64,000 nucleotides of DNA from Pirellulales bacterium (GTDB lineage Bacteria > Planctomycetota > Planctomycetia > Pirellulales > JAICIG01). A program made the position numbers and the translations under genes. The notes under the pieces were generated by a model. It did not search any database and was not told where the DNA came from. It worked only from the letters and a program-made list of their open reading frames with translations. How positions within the stretch are numbered: the stretch's first letter is position 1; each line of letters begins with the position of its first letter. Of this stretch, positions 29,299 through 39,485 are shown piece by piece. Where the stretch lies: NCBI GenBank assembly GCA_040901675.1, contig JBBDYJ010000015.1, positions 1-64,000 on the forward strand, written 5' to 3'.

Positions 29299-30027
29299 AT
29301 GAAGCGAGCGATGGAGCTGACCCTCTGTATCCCCGCCTGGCGGCGCTATGATCTGTTGGTGAACGCGGTCAGGAGCGCCGTGCAGGGGCGCCGCAAGCCC
29401 GACCGCATCCTCATCCTGGACAACGGCGGCGGACTCACGGCGGACGAGTTGGCCTTCGCGCGCGACCGGCTTTGTATCGAGCGATTAAGAATCAATATGG
29501 GCGTGGCGGGCTCATGGAACTACTTCCTCTGCAAGGGCGGCAGCGACATGGTGGTCATGTGCAATGATGATGTGACGCTCGGCGCCGACGCCCTGGAGCT
29601 GCTGGAGGCGGCCTCCGAAGCCAATCCGGACTACCTGCTCTACCACTGTATGAACCGGGACGGGCACAATAACTGGTGCCTGTTTCTGCAGCGCACCTGC
29701 TCCATCGAGATCGTTGGCCTCTACGACACCAACTTCTGGCCGGCCTACTTCGAGGACAATGACTACGACTACCGCCAGCACCTTTTGGGCTACCGCTGCT
29801 TTCCCGTGCAATGCGACTACCAGCACGTACTGTCTGCCAGCCGAGCCGTCATGACTCCGGACGAACTCCAGCAGGCCCATGCCTTTTTTGCCAGGAACGC
29901 CCGCTACTACCAGGCCAAGTGGGGCGGGCCGCCGGGCCGCGAGAAATACCTCGTCCCGTTCAACCGGCCGGACTATTACTTCGCCCCGCAGCGCTTCGCG
30001 TTAGCTCCACCTGCCGCGTGGGAATAG
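29299..30027 (+). CDS. GT2-family glycosyltransferase
   Basis: CIPAWRRYDLL, ILILDNGG, NMGVAGSWN, CNDD, GLYDTNFWPAYFEDNDY. Confidence 0.85.
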   Translation: MKRAMELTLCIPAWRRYDLLVNAVRSAVQGRRKPDRILILDNGGGLTADELAFARDRLCIERLRINMGVAGSWNYFLCKGGSDMVVMCNDDVTLGADALELLEAASEANPDYLLYHCMNRDGHNNWCLFLQRTCSIEIVGLYDTNFWPAYFEDNDYDYRQHLLGYRCFPVQCDYQHVLSASRAVMTPDELQQAHAFFARNARYYQAKWGGPPGREKYLVPFNRPDYYFAPQRFALAPPAAWE

Positions 30028-30266
30028 GCTGTGGGCGGCAGTGCCTGGCCTGCAAACCGCAATTATCCGTGCCTGTCCGAACCGCCAAACCCCCGCCCGC
30101 GGTTGCGGCCCCCCGGCAGAGCGGCTAGGCTCTAACCTTCCCACCGCGCGGTATACTTGTGTATCGTTACTGCCTTGGCCCGCCGGCCCCGCCAGCGGTG
30201 CCGCCCTCGAATGGCCGCGGCAAGAGACGGGGCATGCCCAACGCGGAGGTCAAGGGGGAGATTACC

Positions 30267-31511
30267 GTGACGCAGACCATCTATTCGCATATTTACCCCA
30301 ACGGCGTGGTGCTGGTGGCCGAGCCGATGGAGTCGGTCGAATCGGCCGCCTTCACGTTCCGTGTTCCGGCCGGGACGGCGTACGAGCCACCCGGTCGGGG
30401 CGGGTTGAGCGGCCTGACGTGCGAAATGTCGCTGCGAGGCGCCGGGTCGCGCAATAGCCGCCGGCTGGTCGAGGACCTGGACAACTTGGGAGTCGAACGA
30501 GGCGAGTCGGTGTCCGACGCACACGTCAGCTTTCGCGGCGCGACGTTGGCCCGCAACCTACACGCCGCCTTGGATATCTTTGCCGACGTGCTGCAGAGCC
30601 CGCATCTGCCCGCCGATCAACTCGAGGCCAGCCGGCAGGTTGCCCTGCAAGAACTGGCCGCCGTCCAGGACGAGCCGGGGCAAAGGGTCATGCTCGAGTT
30701 GCGGCGGCGGCACTATCCCGACCCCTGGGGCCGGCCGAGCCAGGGCGAGCAGGCGGCACTGGAAACCATCTCGTCGGCTGAAATACGCGACTTTCACTCC
30801 CGCTGCTACCGGCCCAACGGCACCATCCTGGGCGTGGCGGGCCGGATCGACTGGCCGGCCCTGCGTGATGCGGTGGGCCGGGCCTTTGCCGATTGGCCGG
30901 TGCTGGCCGAGCCCGAGGTGCGCGAGCGTCCGCCGGGATCGCAGCGCGAGCACCTGCCGCATGAATCGAACCAGACGCAGATCGGCATTGCCTACCCCAG
31001 CGTGCCGTACCCGCACCCGGACTACTTCCAGGCCTCGGCGGCCGTGGGCGTGCTGAGCGGCGGCATGAGCTCGCGGCTGTTCACCGAGGTGCGGGAGAAG
31101 CGAGGTCTCTGCTACACGGTGTATGCCTCGCACAACTCGCTGCGCGATCGGGCCAGCGTGCTCTGCTATGCCGGCACCAGCGCCGAGCGGGCCCAGGAAA
31201 CGCTGGACGTGACGTTGTCCGAGATCATCCGGCTGGCGCAGGGCATCGAAACCAACGAGCTCGATCGGCTGAAGGCGCGGATCAAGAGCGGGCTGATCAT
31301 GCAGCAGGAGTCGAGCTCCGCCCGGTCCGGTTCGATCGCGCGCGATTGGTATTACCTGGGCCGGGTCCGTACGTTGGACGAAATCAGCCGGTTGATGGAC
31401 GAGCTGTCGCGCGACAGCATCAATGCCTTTTTGGCCGCCAACCCTCCCGGCCAGTTCACCATCGTCACGCTGGGCCCGCAACCGCTGGAGGTGAGCGTTG
31501 CAATTCCGTGA
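30267..31511 (+). CDS. M16 (pitrilysin/insulinase) peptidase, subunit lacking HxxEH
   Basis: YPNGVVLV, LSGGMSSRLFTEVREKRGLCY; GLTCEMSLRG at the HxxEH position; GTG start with GGGGAG RBS. Confidence 0.9.
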   Translation: MTQTIYSHIYPNGVVLVAEPMESVESAAFTFRVPAGTAYEPPGRGGLSGLTCEMSLRGAGSRNSRRLVEDLDNLGVERGESVSDAHVSFRGATLARNLHAALDIFADVLQSPHLPADQLEASRQVALQELAAVQDEPGQRVMLELRRRHYPDPWGRPSQGEQAALETISSAEIRDFHSRCYRPNGTILGVAGRIDWPALRDAVGRAFADWPVLAEPEVRERPPGSQREHLPHESNQTQIGIAYPSVPYPHPDYFQASAAVGVLSGGMSSRLFTEVREKRGLCYTVYASHNSLRDRASVLCYAGTSAERAQETLDVTLSEIIRLAQGIETNELDRLKARIKSGLIMQQESSSARSGSIARDWYYLGRVRTLDEISRLMDELSRDSINAFLAANPPGQFTIVTLGPQPLEVSVAIP

Positions 31512-32736
31512 ACACGTCCTGCCAAACGGCCTGGAGGTCGTGGCCGAGTGCAATGACGAAGCCTGCTCGACGGCGCTGGGCTTCTTCGTCAGGACCGGCG
31601 CGCGCGACGAAAGCGACGAGGTCGCCGGCGTCAGCCACTTCCTGGAGCACATGATGTTCAAGGGCACGCCCACGCGGACCGCCGAGGACGTCAACCGCGA
31701 GTTCGACGAAATGGGCGCCCATTACAACGCCTTCACCAGCGAGGAAAAAACCGTCTACTATGCCGCCGTCCTGCCCGAATACCAGCGGCCGGCACTGGCG
31801 CTGCTGGCCGACATCCTGCGGCCTTCGCTCCGCGAGGAGGACTTCACCACCGAGAAGCAGGTCATTCTCGAAGAGATCCAGATGTATGCCGACCAGCCCC
31901 CCTTCGGCGCCGACGACCGCGTCAAGGCGAGGCACTTCGGGCGGCACCCGCTTTCGCGCAGCGTGCTGGGCACGCTGGAGAGCGTCGGCAAGCTGCCCGT
32001 CGAGGCCATGCGCGACTATTTTCGCCGCCGCTACAGCCCGCGCAACATTTCCCTGGTGGCCGCCGGCCGCGTCGACTTCGACGACCTGGTCGTGGCGGCC
32101 CAGGCTGCTTGCGGGCATTGGGAGGATTTTCAGGCCGCGCGCCTGATCGAGCCGGCCTTGCCCAATCAGGATTTCGAGTGCCTCGTCAAGGAAAGCGCCG
32201 CCCAGGAGTATTGCATTCAGCTTGCCAACGGCCCATCGGCCACCGACGCCGACCGCTATGCGGCCAAGATCCTGGCCACGATCCTGGGCGACGACTCGGG
32301 CAGCCGGCTTTTCTGGTCGCTGGTCGATAGTGGATTGGCGGAGCACGCCAGCCTGGGCCACTACGACTACGAAGGCACCGGGCTGTACATTACTTACTTG
32401 AGCTGCGATCCGGAGCACGCGGCCGGCAACCTGCAGCGCGTGCTCGACATCTATCGCGAGGCCGAAGGCAAAGGCATCACCCGCGCCGAGCTGGAGCAGG
32501 CCAAGAACAAGATCAACTCGCGCGTGGTGCTGTCCAGCGAGCGCCCGCGTGGCCGGCTGTTCAACCTCGGCGCCAACTGGACTCACCGCCGGGAATACCG
32601 CTCGGTGAAGGACGACCTGGACGCCGTCGACGCCGTCGATCTCGACCAGATCGCCGCCGTGCTCGCCCGGCATCCCCTCACCATCTCCACCACCGTGGCC
32701 ATCGGCCCGCTGGCCTCGATTCCACCACCCCGCTAG
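31498..32736 (+). CDS. M16 peptidase, catalytic subunit
   Basis: LPNGL, GVSHFLEHMMFKGT, NAFTSEE. Confidence 0.93.
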   Translation: MQFREHVLPNGLEVVAECNDEACSTALGFFVRTGARDESDEVAGVSHFLEHMMFKGTPTRTAEDVNREFDEMGAHYNAFTSEEKTVYYAAVLPEYQRPALALLADILRPSLREEDFTTEKQVILEEIQMYADQPPFGADDRVKARHFGRHPLSRSVLGTLESVGKLPVEAMRDYFRRRYSPRNISLVAAGRVDFDDLVVAAQAACGHWEDFQAARLIEPALPNQDFECLVKESAAQEYCIQLANGPSATDADRYAAKILATILGDDSGSRLFWSLVDSGLAEHASLGHYDYEGTGLYITYLSCDPEHAAGNLQRVLDIYREAEGKGITRAELEQAKNKINSRVVLSSERPRGRLFNLGANWTHRREYRSVKDDLDAVDAVDLDQIAAVLARHPLTISTTVAIGPLASIPPPR

Positions 32737-32752
32737 GCATCTGGGCAATCGT

Positions 32753-32935
32753 GGATGGCTGGGGCAAAGCGGCAGCGTGCCCCAATACCAGAGGTCAGAG
32801 GTCAGAGCGCCGGGTGGCTGGGGCAAAGCGGTAGCGTGCCCCAGTCTTCGTCCGTGTTCCCGCCTTCTGCCTTCATCCTTCTGCCTTCGCCCTTCATCCT
32901 TCTGCCTTCTGCCTTCAGTTTGCTTCTGCCTTCCT
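32753..32935 (+). repeat. Two REP copies (GGGTGGCTGGGGCA family) plus GGTCAGA and CCTTCTG heptamer runs
   Basis: Copies at 32753-32786 and 32812-32845; CCTTC(TG/AT/GC) units from 32863. Confidence 0.85.
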
Positions 32936-32997
32936 GCGTGGCTACATTTGACGGCGGAAGAGCTGCACCTGAAATCGAAAAACAGGAACGTCCTCCC

Positions 32998-33924
32998 ATG
33001 CGCCCCCTCAGCAAGATCAGCGCAGACTGGTGGGACTACACCACCTTGGACCGCCGTATCCTGGATGACGCCGCCAGGCTCTCGGCCGACGACCTGGCGG
33101 GACTGGCCAGGCCCGGTTTCGAGGTGAAGTTCTACGACACGGTCGAAGATTTCTACCTGGCCGAGGCGCTGGAATACATCACGGCCTGGCGCCAGGCGAC
33201 CGAGGCGCAGCCGGCCGGCATCTGCGGGCCGATCGGCCCCACGGAGCAGCTTCCCCTGGTCGCTCGGCTGGTCAACGAGCTGGAACTGGATCTGCGACAC
33301 GCCCATTTCTGGGGCATGGACGAGTGGGTTGTCGATGGCCGCGAAGCGCCCGAGGATTTTCCGCTCAGCTTCGCCCGCACCGACATGGAACTTTGCTTCA
33401 ACCGCATCCGGCCCGACCTGCGAATGCCGCGAGCCAACATTCACTTTCCGAAGGCCGACAGCCGCGAGTACCGCCAGAGCTTCAACCAGGCCCGCTGCAT
33501 CGTGATGCAAGGCGGGCAGGGCGAGGTCAAGCACTGGGCCTTCAACGATCCGCCCAAGCGAGAGGGCAAGTATCGCGACCAGCCTCCTTCGCCGGAGGAG
33601 TATCGCAAGCTGACCACCCGCGTCGTCGATCTGCATCCCATGACGATCATCCAGAACGCCCGCACTTCGGGCGGCGGCGTGGTGACCAACGTGCCCACGC
33701 AGGCCGTGTCGGTCGGCCCGGTGGAAACATGGCAGGCCGAGAAGGTCTCAATCTGGCACGCCGGCTGTCACGACAACCCATTCGGGCTGCGGCTGACGGC
33801 GCTGATGATCTCCAAGCGGATCCCCGATTCGTCGGTGCCCATGTCGCTCTTGGCTGACCATCCGTCGGTGCAGTTCAATTTCCTGCGGTCCGGCATCGGC
33901 ACCTGCGAGCCGGAAATGCACTAA
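32998..33924 (+). CDS. Divergent glucosamine-6-phosphate isomerase/deaminase (NagB-like) protein
   Basis: [29 protein letters not shown]. Confidence 0.75.
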   Translation: MRPLSKISADWWDYTTLDRRILDDAARLSADDLAGLARPGFEVKFYDTVEDFYLAEALEYITAWRQATEAQPAGICGPIGPTEQLPLVARLVNELELDLRHAHFWGMDEWVVDGREAPEDFPLSFARTDMELCFNRIRPDLRMPRANIHFPKADSREYRQSFNQARCIVMQGGQGEVKHWAFNDPPKREGKYRDQPPSPEEYRKLTTRVVDLHPMTIIQNARTSGGGVVTNVPTQAVSVGPVETWQAEKVSIWHAGCHDNPFGLRLTALMISKRIPDSSVPMSLLADHPSVQFNFLRSGIGTCEPEMH

Positions 33925-33925
33925 C

Positions 33926-34699
33926 ATGCCCGATCGAGCATTCGCGGTCGCCGCACATCCGGACGACATCGAGTTCGTGATGGCCGGCACGCTGATTCAC
34001 TTGCGCGAGGCGGGCCACGAGATCCACTACATGAACCTCGCCAACGGCTGCTGCGGCTCGACCCAGCACGACCGGGCCACGGTGGCCCGCATCCGCCGCG
34101 ACGAAGCCATGGAGGCCTGCCGCAGAATCGGCGCGGTGTTTCATGAGAGCCTGGCGAACGACCTGGAGATCTTCTACGACAAGCCCACGCTGGCCCGGCT
34201 GGCCTCGGTGATGCGCGAGGTGGCGCCTCGGATTCTGCTGATCCACGCGCCGGCCGACTACATGGAAGACCACACCAATGCCTGCCGGCTGGCGGTCACG
34301 GCCGCCTTTTGCCGCGGCATGCCGAACTTTCCCGTCGATCCGCCACGGCCCACGGTCGACCAGCCAGTGACGCTGTACCATGCCCAGCCGCACGGCAATC
34401 GCACGCCGCTGGGCGAGTTGGTCCGGCCGGGCCTGTTTGTCGACGTCACCGATTGCCTGGACGGGAAGGCCCATATGCTGGCCGCTCATCAAAGCCAGAA
34501 ACAGTGGCTCGACGAGAGCCAGGGGCTCGACTCGTACATCCAGGCCATGCGCGACCTGGGCCGCGAGGTCGGCCGCATGTCGGGCCGCTACGAATACGCC
34601 GAGGGCTGGCGCCGCCACCTGCACCTGGGCTTTTGCGGCCCCGACGACGACCCCCTCTCCGCCGCGCTGCCGGCATACTCGTTCGTCGCCGGGCAATAG
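33926..34699 (+). CDS. PIG-L/LmbE-family deacetylase
   Basis: AHPDDIE, RRDEA, DYMEDH, AHQSQ. Confidence 0.9.
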   Translation: MPDRAFAVAAHPDDIEFVMAGTLIHLREAGHEIHYMNLANGCCGSTQHDRATVARIRRDEAMEACRRIGAVFHESLANDLEIFYDKPTLARLASVMREVAPRILLIHAPADYMEDHTNACRLAVTAAFCRGMPNFPVDPPRPTVDQPVTLYHAQPHGNRTPLGELVRPGLFVDVTDCLDGKAHMLAAHQSQKQWLDESQGLDSYIQAMRDLGREVGRMSGRYEYAEGWRRHLHLGFCGPDDDPLSAALPAYSFVAGQ

Positions 34700-34709
34700 T
34701 GCGCATGCC

Positions 34710-34937
34710 ATGTCAACACCTGCGGATTTTGACCCCGATCGAGCTCGCGCGATTCTGCGGCTGGAATTCTCCGAAGCCCAAAACGAGCGCATGCGCGAGT
34801 TGGCCGACAAACACAACCGCGGGTTGCTCTCGCCGGACGAGCTCCAGGAGATGGAGAGTTTCCGCCGAGTGGGAAACTTGCTTGCGCTTATCCAAGCCAA
34901 GGCTCGCCTGTGGCTCAAGAATGACGAGCAACTCTGA
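34710..34937 (+). CDS. Small helical hypothetical protein (75 aa), antitoxin-like
   Basis: ARAILRLEFSEAQNERMRELADKHNRGLLSPDELQEMESFRRVGNLLALIQAKAR. Confidence 0.65.
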   Translation: MSTPADFDPDRARAILRLEFSEAQNERMRELADKHNRGLLSPDELQEMESFRRVGNLLALIQAKARLWLKNDEQL

Positions 34938-35082
34938 GCTCTCTGTACCCACTGGACCAGTTGCGGGATGCTCGCGGTTGGATAAGATGGGCATCTTTGA
35001 TTAATCCTTCACCGACGACGGTCGCGCCTATAATGCCGTACGGCGTCGAGCAGGCCAATCCACAGGCAGTCTCTGAAATCCC

Positions 35083-36513
35083 ATGCACACGCAACTGGCC
35101 GTTCTTGGGGGTGGACCGGGCGGCTATGCTGCCGCCTTCCTGGCGGCCGACCTGGGCATGGAAGTGGTCCTCATCGAAAACGAGCCACGCCTGGGAGGCA
35201 CCTGCCTGCTCAAAGGCTGCATCCCCTCCAAGGCGCTGTTGCACGTGGCCAAGGTCATCAGCGAAACCCGCGAAATGACCGACTGGGGCGTTGTCTTCGG
35301 CAAGCCCATGCTCGACGTCGATGCCATGCGGGCCCGCAAGGAAAAGGTGATCCAGACCCTTGCCGGCGGCCTCAAGCAGGTCGCCAAGCAGCGCAAGGTG
35401 CGGGTGGTCCAGGCCCGCGGCGTCTTCGAAGACTCGCAAACACTGCGGCTGGAAGGGGGCGACGCGGCCGGCCGCGATGGCGATCGCTTGACCTACGAGC
35501 ACTGCATCCTGGCCACCGGCAGCCTTCCCGCAAAAATCGCCGCCTTCGATCTGCCGACCGACCGCGTGATGGACTCGACCACGGCTCTGGAACTGCCCGA
35601 CATACCCGAAAGCCTGCTCGTAGTCGGCGGCGGCTACATCGGGCTGGAAATGGGCACCGTCTATGCCGAGCTGGGGACCAAGGTCACCGTCGTCGAGCTC
35701 ACCGGCGGCCTGCTGCCCGGCGCCGACCGCGACCTGGTCAAGCCCTTGCACGCCCGGCTCAAGCACCTGTTTGAGGCGATCTTGCTCGACACCAAGGTCG
35801 AGTCGCTCGCCGACAAGGGAAGCGAGATCGAAGTGCTCTTCAAAGGGCCCGACGGCTCACGCCGCCAGCGGTTCAGCCGCGTGCTGGTTTCGGTCGGCCG
35901 CCGCCCGAACAGCGGTGGAATCGGTTTGGAGAACACCAAGGTGAAACTCGACCAGCGGGGTTTCGTCCTCATCGACCGGCAGCAGCGCACCGACGATCCG
36001 CACATCCTGGCCATCGGCGACGTGGCGGGCGAACCGATGCTGGCCCACAAGGCAACGCACGAAGGCAAAGTGGCCGTCGAGGCCTTGCACGGCGGCACCG
36101 CCCAGTTCGATGCACTTGCTATCCCGGCTGTCGTCTTCACCGACCCCGAACTGGCCTGGGCGGGCCTCACCGAGGAGCAAGCCAAGAGCGAGGGTCGCGA
36201 GGTGGAAGTGGCCCGCTATCCTTGGGCCGCCAGCGGCCGGGCCCAATCGCTGGGACGGACCGAAGGCCTGACCAAGCTGGTCGTCGATCCGGCGACCGAA
36301 CGGGTGTTGGGCATCGGACTGGTAGGTCCCGGCGCCGGCGAGCTGGTTGCCGAAGGCGTTCTGGCGATCGAGATGGGCTGCACCGTCCGCGACATGACCG
36401 AGTCGATCCATCCCCACCCCACGCTCAGCGAGACGCTGGGGGCGGCCGGCGAGGTCTATCTGGGCGTGGCTACCGATCTTTACAAGCCGAGACGCGCTGG
36501 GCAGCATGCCTGA
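35083..36513 (+). CDS. lpdA: Dihydrolipoamide dehydrogenase (E3)
   Basis: GGGPGGY, GGTCLLKGCIPSK, GGGYIGLE, HPHPTLSE. Confidence 0.97.
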   Translation: MHTQLAVLGGGPGGYAAAFLAADLGMEVVLIENEPRLGGTCLLKGCIPSKALLHVAKVISETREMTDWGVVFGKPMLDVDAMRARKEKVIQTLAGGLKQVAKQRKVRVVQARGVFEDSQTLRLEGGDAAGRDGDRLTYEHCILATGSLPAKIAAFDLPTDRVMDSTTALELPDIPESLLVVGGGYIGLEMGTVYAELGTKVTVVELTGGLLPGADRDLVKPLHARLKHLFEAILLDTKVESLADKGSEIEVLFKGPDGSRRQRFSRVLVSVGRRPNSGGIGLENTKVKLDQRGFVLIDRQQRTDDPHILAIGDVAGEPMLAHKATHEGKVAVEALHGGTAQFDALAIPAVVFTDPELAWAGLTEEQAKSEGREVEVARYPWAASGRAQSLGRTEGLTKLVVDPATERVLGIGLVGPGAGELVAEGVLAIEMGCTVRDMTESIHPHPTLSETLGAAGEVYLGVATDLYKPRRAGQHA

Positions 36514-36778
36514 ATATGCGGCGGTGGTGGTCGGCCCTTGCACTTTACGACCGGCCGGCAATCGTGAATAATACCTGGCAACGAAATCTAGCGCAAGCCG
36601 CCGTGCTGCAAAGGTTTTCGATCGTTCCAGCCGCACTCGCCTCCCCCCGACAGATGCCGCCGGCTCGCTGCCGGTGGCCGGAAGGCGTTGGCTTGCCAGC
36701 CAAGCCTGGTTCGCTACGAACAGCGGCCGGCGGCCCTTAAATTGCAATACACTGCCGAAACTCCAGGGAGCTTCCTCG

Positions 36779-39460
36779 ATGGCCCAGGCTGAAACCATTT
36801 CCGTCAGCGGCGATACCGATCCGGCCGAAACGGCGGAATGGCTGGAGTCGCTCGAGTATGTCCTGGAAGCCAAGGGACCCGACCGGGTCAAATACCTGCT
36901 GGCGATGCTCGACAAGACGGCCTTCCGCCACGGCGTCGAGCCGCCGTTCGCCATCAACACGCCGTACATCAATACGATCCCGGTCGATCAGCAGCCCCCC
37001 TATCCGGGCAGCCGCGAGATCGAGCGGCGAATCAAGAGCATCATCCGCTGGAACGCCATGGCCATGGTGGTGCGGGCCAACCGCGAGCAGCACGGCATCG
37101 GCGGACACATTTCGACCTATGCCTCGGCCGCCACGCTCTACGAAGTGGCCTTCCACCACTTCTTCCGCGGCAAGGCGAACGACTACTCCGGCGACCAGAT
37201 TTATTTCCAGGGGCACGCCTCGCCCGGCATTTACGCGCGGGCCTTTCTCGAAGGGCGCCTCACCGAGCAGCAGCTCGTCAACTTCCGCCAGGAGCTGGCC
37301 GAAGGAGGAGGGCTGTCCAGCTACCCGCATCCCTGGCTGATGCCTGCCTTCTGGGAGTTTCCGACCGTGTCGATGGGTCTGGCGCCGATCATGGCCATCT
37401 ACCAGGCCCGCTTCAACAAGTACCTGGCCGACCGCGGCATCAAGGACACCAGCGGCCAGCACGTCTGGGCCTTCATCGGCGACGGCGAGTGCGACGAGCC
37501 GGAAACCCTGGGCGCCATCACGCTCGCCTCGCGCGAAAAGCTCGACAACCTGATCTTTGTCATCAACTGCAACTTGCAGCGGCTCGACGGTCCGGTCCGC
37601 GGAAACGGCAAGATCATCCAGGAGCTGGAGGGCATCTTCCGCGGCGCCGGTTGGAACGTGATCAAGGTCATCTGGGGCGACGACTGGGACCCGCTCTTGG
37701 CCCAGGACAAGAACGGCCTGCTGGTGCAGCGGATGGGCGAAGTCGTCGACGGCGAGTACCAGAAGTACACCGTCATGCCCGGCAGCTACATCCGCGAAAA
37801 CTTCTTCGGCAAGTATCCGGAGCTCGAAGAGATGGTCAGCCATCTCTCCGACGAAAAGCTGAAGAAGATGCGCCGCGGCGGCCACGACCCGGAAAAAGTC
37901 TACGCCGCATACAAGGCCGCCTTCGAAAGCCAGGGCCGGCCGACCGTCATCCTGGCCAAGACCATCAAGGGCTACGGGCTGGGCGAGGCGGGCGAGGGCC
38001 GCAACGTCACCCACCAGAAGAAAGAGTACAACGAGGCCGAGCTGCGCGAGTTCCGCAGCCGCTTCGGCATCCCCATCTCGGACGAGGAAGTGGCCAAGGC
38101 GCCGTTCTACCGGCTGCCCGACGACAGCGCCGAGATGCGGTACCTGCGGGCGCGCCGCGAGGAGCTGGGCGGCTACGTGCCCAGCCGCGTGGTCGAGGCG
38201 CCGCGGATCGAGGTGCCCCGGCTCGACCAGTTCGCCGAGTCGCTCACCAGCAGCGGCGAGCGCGAGGTCTCCACCACGATGGCCTTCGTCAAGCACTTCA
38301 GCCGCTTGCTCAAGAACAAGGCGATCGGCAAGTACATCGTGCCCATCGTCCCCGACGAGTCGCGCACGTTCGGCATGGAGCCGCTCTTCCGGCAGTGCGG
38401 CATCTATGCCCACACCGGCCAGTTGTACGAGCCGGTCGATTCCGAATTGCTCTTGTACTACCGCGAGGCCAAAGACGGCCAGATCCTGGAAGAAGGCATC
38501 ACCGAGGCTGGATCGATGTCGTCGTTTATCGCGGCCGGCACCGCCTATTCCACGCATGGGATCAACATGCTCCCCTTTTTCATCTTCTATTCGATGTTCG
38601 GCTTCCAGCGGATCGGCGACCTGATCTGGGCCGCCGCCGATGCCCGCACCAAGGGCTTCCTGCTGGGCGGCACCGCCGGCCGCACCACGCTCAACGGCGA
38701 AGGCCTGCAGCACCAGGATGGCCACAGCCACCTGTTCGCCTCGGCCTTTCCCACGGTGCGTTCGTACGATCCGGCCTACGCCTACGAAACGGCCGTGATC
38801 GTCATGGACGGCTTGCGGCGGATGTACGAGGACCTCGAAGACTGCATGTACTACATCACGCTGCACAACGAAAACTACCTGATGCCCGCCATGCCCGAAG
38901 GCGTCGAGGAAGGCATCGTCCAGGGCATCTACCAGGTGGCCTCGGTCGATGCCGGGTCGAAGCGGCCGCGGGTGCAACTGTTCGGCTCGGGCGCCATCCT
39001 CCGCGAGGCCTTGCGGGCGCAGAAGATCCTGGCCGAGAAGTACCAGGTCTCCAGCACCGCCTGGAGCGTCACCAGCTACACGCAGCTCAGCCGCGACGCC
39101 CGGGCCGCCGAGCGCTGGAACCTGCTGCACCCGGGCGAAAAACCGCGGCAGGCCTACATCCAGCAGGTTCTGGCCGGGCACGACGAGCCCGTGATTGCCA
39201 GCTCCGACAACGTGCGTGCCGTCGCCGAGCAGGTCGCCCCCTGGATCCCCGGCGGCCTGACGGCCCTGGGCACCGATGGCCTGGGCCGCAGCGACCTGCG
39301 CAGCCGCCTCCGCCGCCACTTCGAGGTGGACGCGGAGACCATCGTGCTGGCCGCGCTGGACCGCCTGGCGGACCAGGGACAGATCGAGCAGAAAATGGTC
39401 GCCCGCGCCATTGGCGAGCTGGGAATCGACCCGGACAAGATCGATCCGATGAAGGCCTGA
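36779..39460 (+). CDS. aceE: Pyruvate dehydrogenase E1, homodimeric type
   Basis: FQGHASPG, SSYPHPWLMP, PTVSMGL, GDGECDEPE, NCNLQRLDGPVRGNG, GEGLQHQDGHS. Confidence 0.97.
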   Translation: MAQAETISVSGDTDPAETAEWLESLEYVLEAKGPDRVKYLLAMLDKTAFRHGVEPPFAINTPYINTIPVDQQPPYPGSREIERRIKSIIRWNAMAMVVRANREQHGIGGHISTYASAATLYEVAFHHFFRGKANDYSGDQIYFQGHASPGIYARAFLEGRLTEQQLVNFRQELAEGGGLSSYPHPWLMPAFWEFPTVSMGLAPIMAIYQARFNKYLADRGIKDTSGQHVWAFIGDGECDEPETLGAITLASREKLDNLIFVINCNLQRLDGPVRGNGKIIQELEGIFRGAGWNVIKVIWGDDWDPLLAQDKNGLLVQRMGEVVDGEYQKYTVMPGSYIRENFFGKYPELEEMVSHLSDEKLKKMRRGGHDPEKVYAAYKAAFESQGRPTVILAKTIKGYGLGEAGEGRNVTHQKKEYNEAELREFRSRFGIPISDEEVAKAPFYRLPDDSAEMRYLRARREELGGYVPSRVVEAPRIEVPRLDQFAESLTSSGEREVSTTMAFVKHFSRLLKNKAIGKYIVPIVPDESRTFGMEPLFRQCGIYAHTGQLYEPVDSELLLYYREAKDGQILEEGITEAGSMSSFIAAGTAYSTHGINMLPFFIFYSMFGFQRIGDLIWAAADARTKGFLLGGTAGRTTLNGEGLQHQDGHSHLFASAFPTVRSYDPAYAYETAVIVMDGLRRMYEDLEDCMYYITLHNENYLMPAMPEGVEEGIVQGIYQVASVDAGSKRPRVQLFGSGAILREALRAQKILAEKYQVSSTAWSVTSYTQLSRDARAAERWNLLHPGEKPRQAYIQQVLAGHDEPVIASSDNVRAVAEQVAPWIPGGLTALGTDGLGRSDLRSRLRRHFEVDAETIVLAALDRLADQGQIEQKMVARAIGELGIDPDKIDPMKA

Positions 39461-39485
39461 CGCACAAAAAGGGAAACAGCCAACG

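Noticed and set aside
23640..30266. Integrative element or prophage boundaries around the glycosylation island
   Set aside because: No integrase, tRNA, transposase or flanking direct repeat found by eye; mobility is unproven
30267..32736. M16 peptidase lacking HxxEH as a pseudogene or novelty
   Set aside because: Adjacent active and inactive M16B subunits are a well-known heterodimer arrangement
32755..32997. N-terminal extensions given by the ORF track (NagB-like here; also ftsK, aceE, cpaF, purA, phoH)
   Set aside because: They translate repeats or promoter DNA; downstream starts match the family N-termini
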